Assembly (NCBI GenBank): GCA_965200155.1
Contig: CBDATR010000024.1
Location: 96,001 to 160,000, forward strand
DNA from: Nitrosopumilaceae archaeon
Lineage (GTDB): Archaea; Thermoproteota; Nitrososphaeria; Nitrososphaerales; Nitrosopumilaceae
Length of the DNA stretch: 64,000 nucleotides
Reading direction: 5' to 3'
Shown here piece after piece: positions 60,633 through 64,000 of this stretch; within the stretch, counting starts at the first letter, position 1; each line of letters starts with the position of its first letter. The notes under the pieces were generated by a model, which saw only the letters and a program-made list of their open reading frames with translations, was not told the origin of the DNA and did no database searches. Made by a program: the position numbers and the translations under genes.

Positions 60633-60860
60633 GTGAGTGAGCCTGTAACAGTAGATGAAGAGGGTCCAAAGATAAGACCTGAGCTCATGGAGACTGAGAA
60701 ATTGTATCATTGCATATACAAGAATTGTGTTCTGTTATTCTTTCTGGATGATCAAAAGTTTCTATGCTGTTATGAGGTAGATGAACCTGATATAGTAAAA
60801 AAGATACAGAACTGCGACGGAAGTATAGAAGATATACTTGCCCAGTACGGTGGACTATGA
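60633..60860 (+). CDS. Hypothetical protein
   Basis: 75-aa ORF after an AT-rich promoter. Confidence 0.65.
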   Translation: MSEPVTVDEEGPKIRPELMETEKLYHCIYKNCVLLFFLDDQKFLCCYEVDEPDIVKKIQNCDGSIEDILAQYGGL

Positions 60861-61226
60861 CTACAAGTAATGTGCTTTGGTGTGAACGTGATATTCTTCC
60901 TCATACTGTGTTAGGAATCCGCAGTGGGGGCAGGAGAACATTCCTGGATTGGGACGTGACTCTTTTTCAATGACTTTGCCTGTGGTGGACTTTATGAATA
61001 TGACATCGGACACCGGTACCACCTCAAAGTTGTGTCCCTCTCCTATCGATTCTAGATATTCCTGTATTGCTGTAACTACCAAACTCTTGTCCGGCTCCTC
61101 GTCGTCTATGGGTGAGAGCATAAACTCCGAGATCTTTAGCGTGGGAATGGCCTCGGCCTGATCTGCTACATATACTGCCAACTCGTTTAGTATGACCTTG
61201 ACTTGGTCGCATTTTACGGTGATCAA
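60861..61226 (-). CDS. Protein with C-terminal C2H2 Zn finger
   Basis: CPHC...HTKAH. Confidence 0.75.
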   Translation of the reverse strand: MITVKCDQVKVILNELAVYVADQAEAIPTLKISEFMLSPIDDEEPDKSLVVTAIQEYLESIGEGHNFEVVPVSDVIFIKSTTGKVIEKESRPNPGMFSCPHCGFLTQYEEEYHVHTKAHYL

Positions 61227-61547
61227 TTTGTCCAGATCATGACGGTGTTTAATTAAAGCCTTTGTTACACATTAGACCTTATGCGCATGATTGACAGTAA
61301 CAGCTTAGGTTGCTTCAAACTGGGGTGTATTTTATGGTACACAATCCGTCAAGCATAAACAATGTGAATAACATCTGCCAGCACTAACGTATGCCGTGAT
61401 TGCAAATGTCGTGTAGTGGGGCGACTGGATCTTGATGACATATATCATGAGTGAGCTAAACGGTTATCACAAAACCCATTAATTTAGTGGATTTTCTGAT
61501 GAGTAATATTCGAATTATAATATCACGGAAATTATGGACAGATATTT

Positions 61548-63219
61548 GTATGAGTTCACGTGTTTTGATCATTCACTAAGATATAGATCGGTATGGCAAT
61601 ATTTTACTTAAATACCAAATTTGCAATAAGAATCTAATGAGAAGACGCCGGTCCTATAAGGAATTGGAACTGGAAAATAAACTTCTTCAGGATACCCTTG
61701 CGTCTACCGAGAAAGATCTTGCACATTACAAGGAACGTGTGAGAGTATTGGAAGCATATATGTCACGCATCACAGAAGAAATACGAAATCTCACACAAGA
61801 TTTCCAAATTATTAGGAATTATGTAAATGAATTGAATGAGAAATTAGAAGAAAAACAGGGGAAAATTGCGGTACTCACAACGCGACTTAAATATTATGAG
61901 AATGCTCACTCGCCACCATCCCTTCAATCCCTCCAGTACAAGAAGCGAAAACAGGAGGAACAGAAGCGAAAACAGGGAGATAATAAGCAACAGACAGAAG
62001 CCAGTACGAAATCAGCCAAAAAGGCTGGCGCGCAAAAGGGACACAAGGGGGCTTCCCGTTCCCACAACCCCGGCAGAGTAATGCGCCACACCTTTGAGTG
62101 TGCTCCAATATGTGAGTGCGGCAATATAATGACAAAAATTGGTTGGAAACAACGACACATAACGGAATTAATACCAGCCAAAATAGAGGAGGCCCACCAT
62201 ATGATAGAAATGGCTGCATGCAAGTGCGGCAAAAAACAACTAGCCCCAGCAGCGGGCGTCCCAAAGAGTGGTAGTTTTGGGGTTCAATTATGCGGTGCCA
62301 TCACTGCATTGCGTGCGGAAAAGATTCCAATAAAACGCATACCTGTAATTTCGAAGGATCTCTTCGGCCTAAATATATCGGTGGGTGCAGTAAACAACAT
62401 AATTGCCAGGGCCGCCGATGCATGTGAATCATTTATGGAAACAATTCATGAAAATATAATAAAATCACCCAGCATTCATGTGGACGAAACTGGTATATCA
62501 CTGGCGGGTAGGCGTGGCTGGGTATGGGGGATGCGAGCCGAAGAGTGGATGATATACAAAAGTAGGAGTTCAAATGTAGTGAACAAATACCTTAACGGTT
62601 ACCAGGGAGCGATAGTCACAGACAGGTACGTTGTGTATCGCCGGTTTGATGACGGTGGGAAGCACCAGTTGTGTTGGGCGCATTTATTGCGCGATACCAG
62701 TATATTACATGCAGGATTCTATATTGATCCCGGTGCTCAGGACGCCCGGATCAAACTTGACAACGACCTGAAAGGATTGTTCCGGAGCGCACGGGAATCC
62801 CTGAATCACTGCGGGCCGTCCGCGCAATTACGACACTCATTTGAGACAGGAGCAGAATCCATTCTGCATCAGTACTGTGATGTTGATGATACTGAACTAC
62901 AAAAGAAGGTAAAAGGATTGAATAAGGCCATACCATGCATGTTCGTATTCTTAGAATATGACTGTGTAGAGCCCACCAACAATCCAGCGGAGCAGTGGAA
63001 CCGGTTCTGATACGCAGTGGTATTCCGCAAGATTAGTGGCCAGATAAAGGGTGGCGAAAGGGCAATGCGCCGCATGTCTACATTTGTATCATGTGTTCAG
63101 ACATGGAGGGCTCAAGGCCTTTCTGTTATGAACGAGGTTGCTGCCAGAATGCAGTTATAATTAAAAAAAACTGGGATGCATTCTATCATATTATGTGATC
63201 AAAACACGTGAACTCATAC
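61548..63219 (+). mobile_element. Complete single-ORF IS66 element (1672 bp)
   Basis: 24-bp TIRs; 8-bp TSD AGATATTT. Confidence 0.96.
61637..63010 (+). CDS. IS66 transposase, ending at premature in-frame TGA
   Basis: 457 aa; lacks the last 49 residues present in 45175-46539. Confidence 0.85.
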   Translation: MRRRRSYKELELENKLLQDTLASTEKDLAHYKERVRVLEAYMSRITEEIRNLTQDFQIIRNYVNELNEKLEEKQGKIAVLTTRLKYYENAHSPPSLQSLQYKKRKQEEQKRKQGDNKQQTEASTKSAKKAGAQKGHKGASRSHNPGRVMRHTFECAPICECGNIMTKIGWKQRHITELIPAKIEEAHHMIEMAACKCGKKQLAPAAGVPKSGSFGVQLCGAITALRAEKIPIKRIPVISKDLFGLNISVGAVNNIIARAADACESFMETIHENIIKSPSIHVDETGISLAGRRGWVWGMRAEEWMIYKSRSSNVVNKYLNGYQGAIVTDRYVVYRRFDDGGKHQLCWAHLLRDTSILHAGFYIDPGAQDARIKLDNDLKGLFRSARESLNHCGPSAQLRHSFETGAESILHQYCDVDDTELQKKVKGLNKAIPCMFVFLEYDCVEPTNNPAEQWNRF

Positions 63220-63491
63220 AGATATTTTTCAAGAATTTCTTGTATCTGGTATGCTTGTGCATAATGTGTAAATTATGCAACCCGGATACTACGAGTAGAT
63301 CTTCCCGGAATTCCTCACGAATGCCATCATATACCTGACTTAATCTACGATATACCTTTAGCATTCGAATTACATGCTCGATTAATGTGCGCCTTTTTGA
63401 TACATATTGGTTGTATTTCCTTTCAGTGTTAGTGAGTGATTCCCTACCCCTGTATGGAATTATGACCTTTGCGCCGGGTAGGAAGTCTTTC

Positions 63492-63583
63492 GTATGAGTT
63501 CACCTGTGTCTAAATTTACGCACAACTGATCGCGACAGTTAATGTGATTTGTGCACAAGATTCTGGAAGACGTGAACTCATAC
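63492..63583 (-). mobile_element. MITE copy 13
   Basis: Intact TIRs, no TSD. Confidence 0.95.
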
Positions 63584-63882
63584 TTTTTTATACGTAAAAA
63601 CTAATAACGCTCAATACATAAAATCTATTATGTCTAATCTTAATTCGGATAATGTAATCATATATGTGGTAGGAGAGCGGCTTTCATGTGACACCAAGGG
63701 CAACATATACCATATGCCTGGCGGCAAGGAAAGAAAGGTCACCACGAATGAAGCTCGTACTATTGCAAAACGGTTATTGGAATCCGGGGGGGTAAAGGGA
63801 TCCAAGTATAATATATTACAATCAGGTTCGTTCTAAGTACACTAGTGGTTGTCACTCTCATTATTGAACGACTTTATTTATT

Positions 63883-63930
63883 AGACCTTATGCCATGATT
63901 GACAGTAACAGCCTAGGTTGCTTCAAACTG
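63883..63930 (-). mobile_element. IS5 right end
   Basis: ATT|AGACCTTATGC.ATGATTGACAG. Confidence 0.85.
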
Positions 63931-64000
63931 GTATGAGTTCACCTGTGTCTAAATTTACGCACAACTGATCGCGACAGTTAATGTGATTTGTGCATAAGAT
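63931..64000 (-). mobile_element. MITE copy 14 (cut by window end)
   Basis: GTATGAGTTCACCTGTGTCTAAATTTACG. Confidence 0.95.

Larger units (their letters stand above)
61274..63491 (-). mobile_element. IS5 3' part, interrupted by IS66 and truncated by MITE
   Basis: ATT|AGACCTTATGCGCA end; 61274-61547 and 63220-63491 match the reverse complement of 3096-3633. Confidence 0.92.

Noticed and set aside
63630-63836. 68-aa ORF between MITE and IS5 end
   Set aside because: No recognisable motif and possibly a truncated remnant; not called
2150-64000. Repeated small ORFs (MYEFTSSGILC..., MICAQDSGRR..., MHKIPEDVN...)
   Set aside because: They are translations of the MITE, not a gene family
2150-64000. 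MITE copies as a CRISPR array or REP system
   Set aside because: They are dispersed, in both orientations, and bounded by IS66 TIRs with 8-bp TSDs; no spacers or RAYT gene

Overview
This is archaeal DNA from a thaumarchaeote (Nitrososphaerota, Nitrosopumilaceae/Cenarchaeum-like). The assignment rests on a Ser-type thaumarchaeosortase, an archaeal histone, a Ubl-Cgi121 fusion, TFB, PINA ATPase, archaeal RNase P RNA and cupredoxins. A host-associated lifestyle is only inferred, from the heavy IS load. The backbone is ordinary housekeeping: purE, ilvA, ppx-sixA, hemL-hemC-cobA-hemD, alaS-leuS, tsaC/THUMP/Cgi121, rpS17e, tatD, egtB, pdaD, dsbA, a DEAD-box helicase, trkH, tfb, nre, dinB, tRNA-Cys and tRNA-Thr. 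It is overlaid by damaged IS66, IS5, IS481 and IS3 copies and by 14 copies of a 92-bp IS66-type MITE (12-bp TIR GTATGAGTTCAC, 8-bp TSD), nine of them in or against other ISs. The most unusual signal is non-genic and has two parts. (1) Three unrelated loci show a CRISPR-like geometry: a 36-37-bp duplicated local sequence flanking a 29-36-bp novel insert, with a 72-bp period. One lies in an IS66 copy whose sister copies show the unduplicated ancestral state, and no cas genes are in the window. (2) Short de novo hairpin insertions recur when IS and MITE copies are compared. All coordinates were read by eye and no database searches were run.
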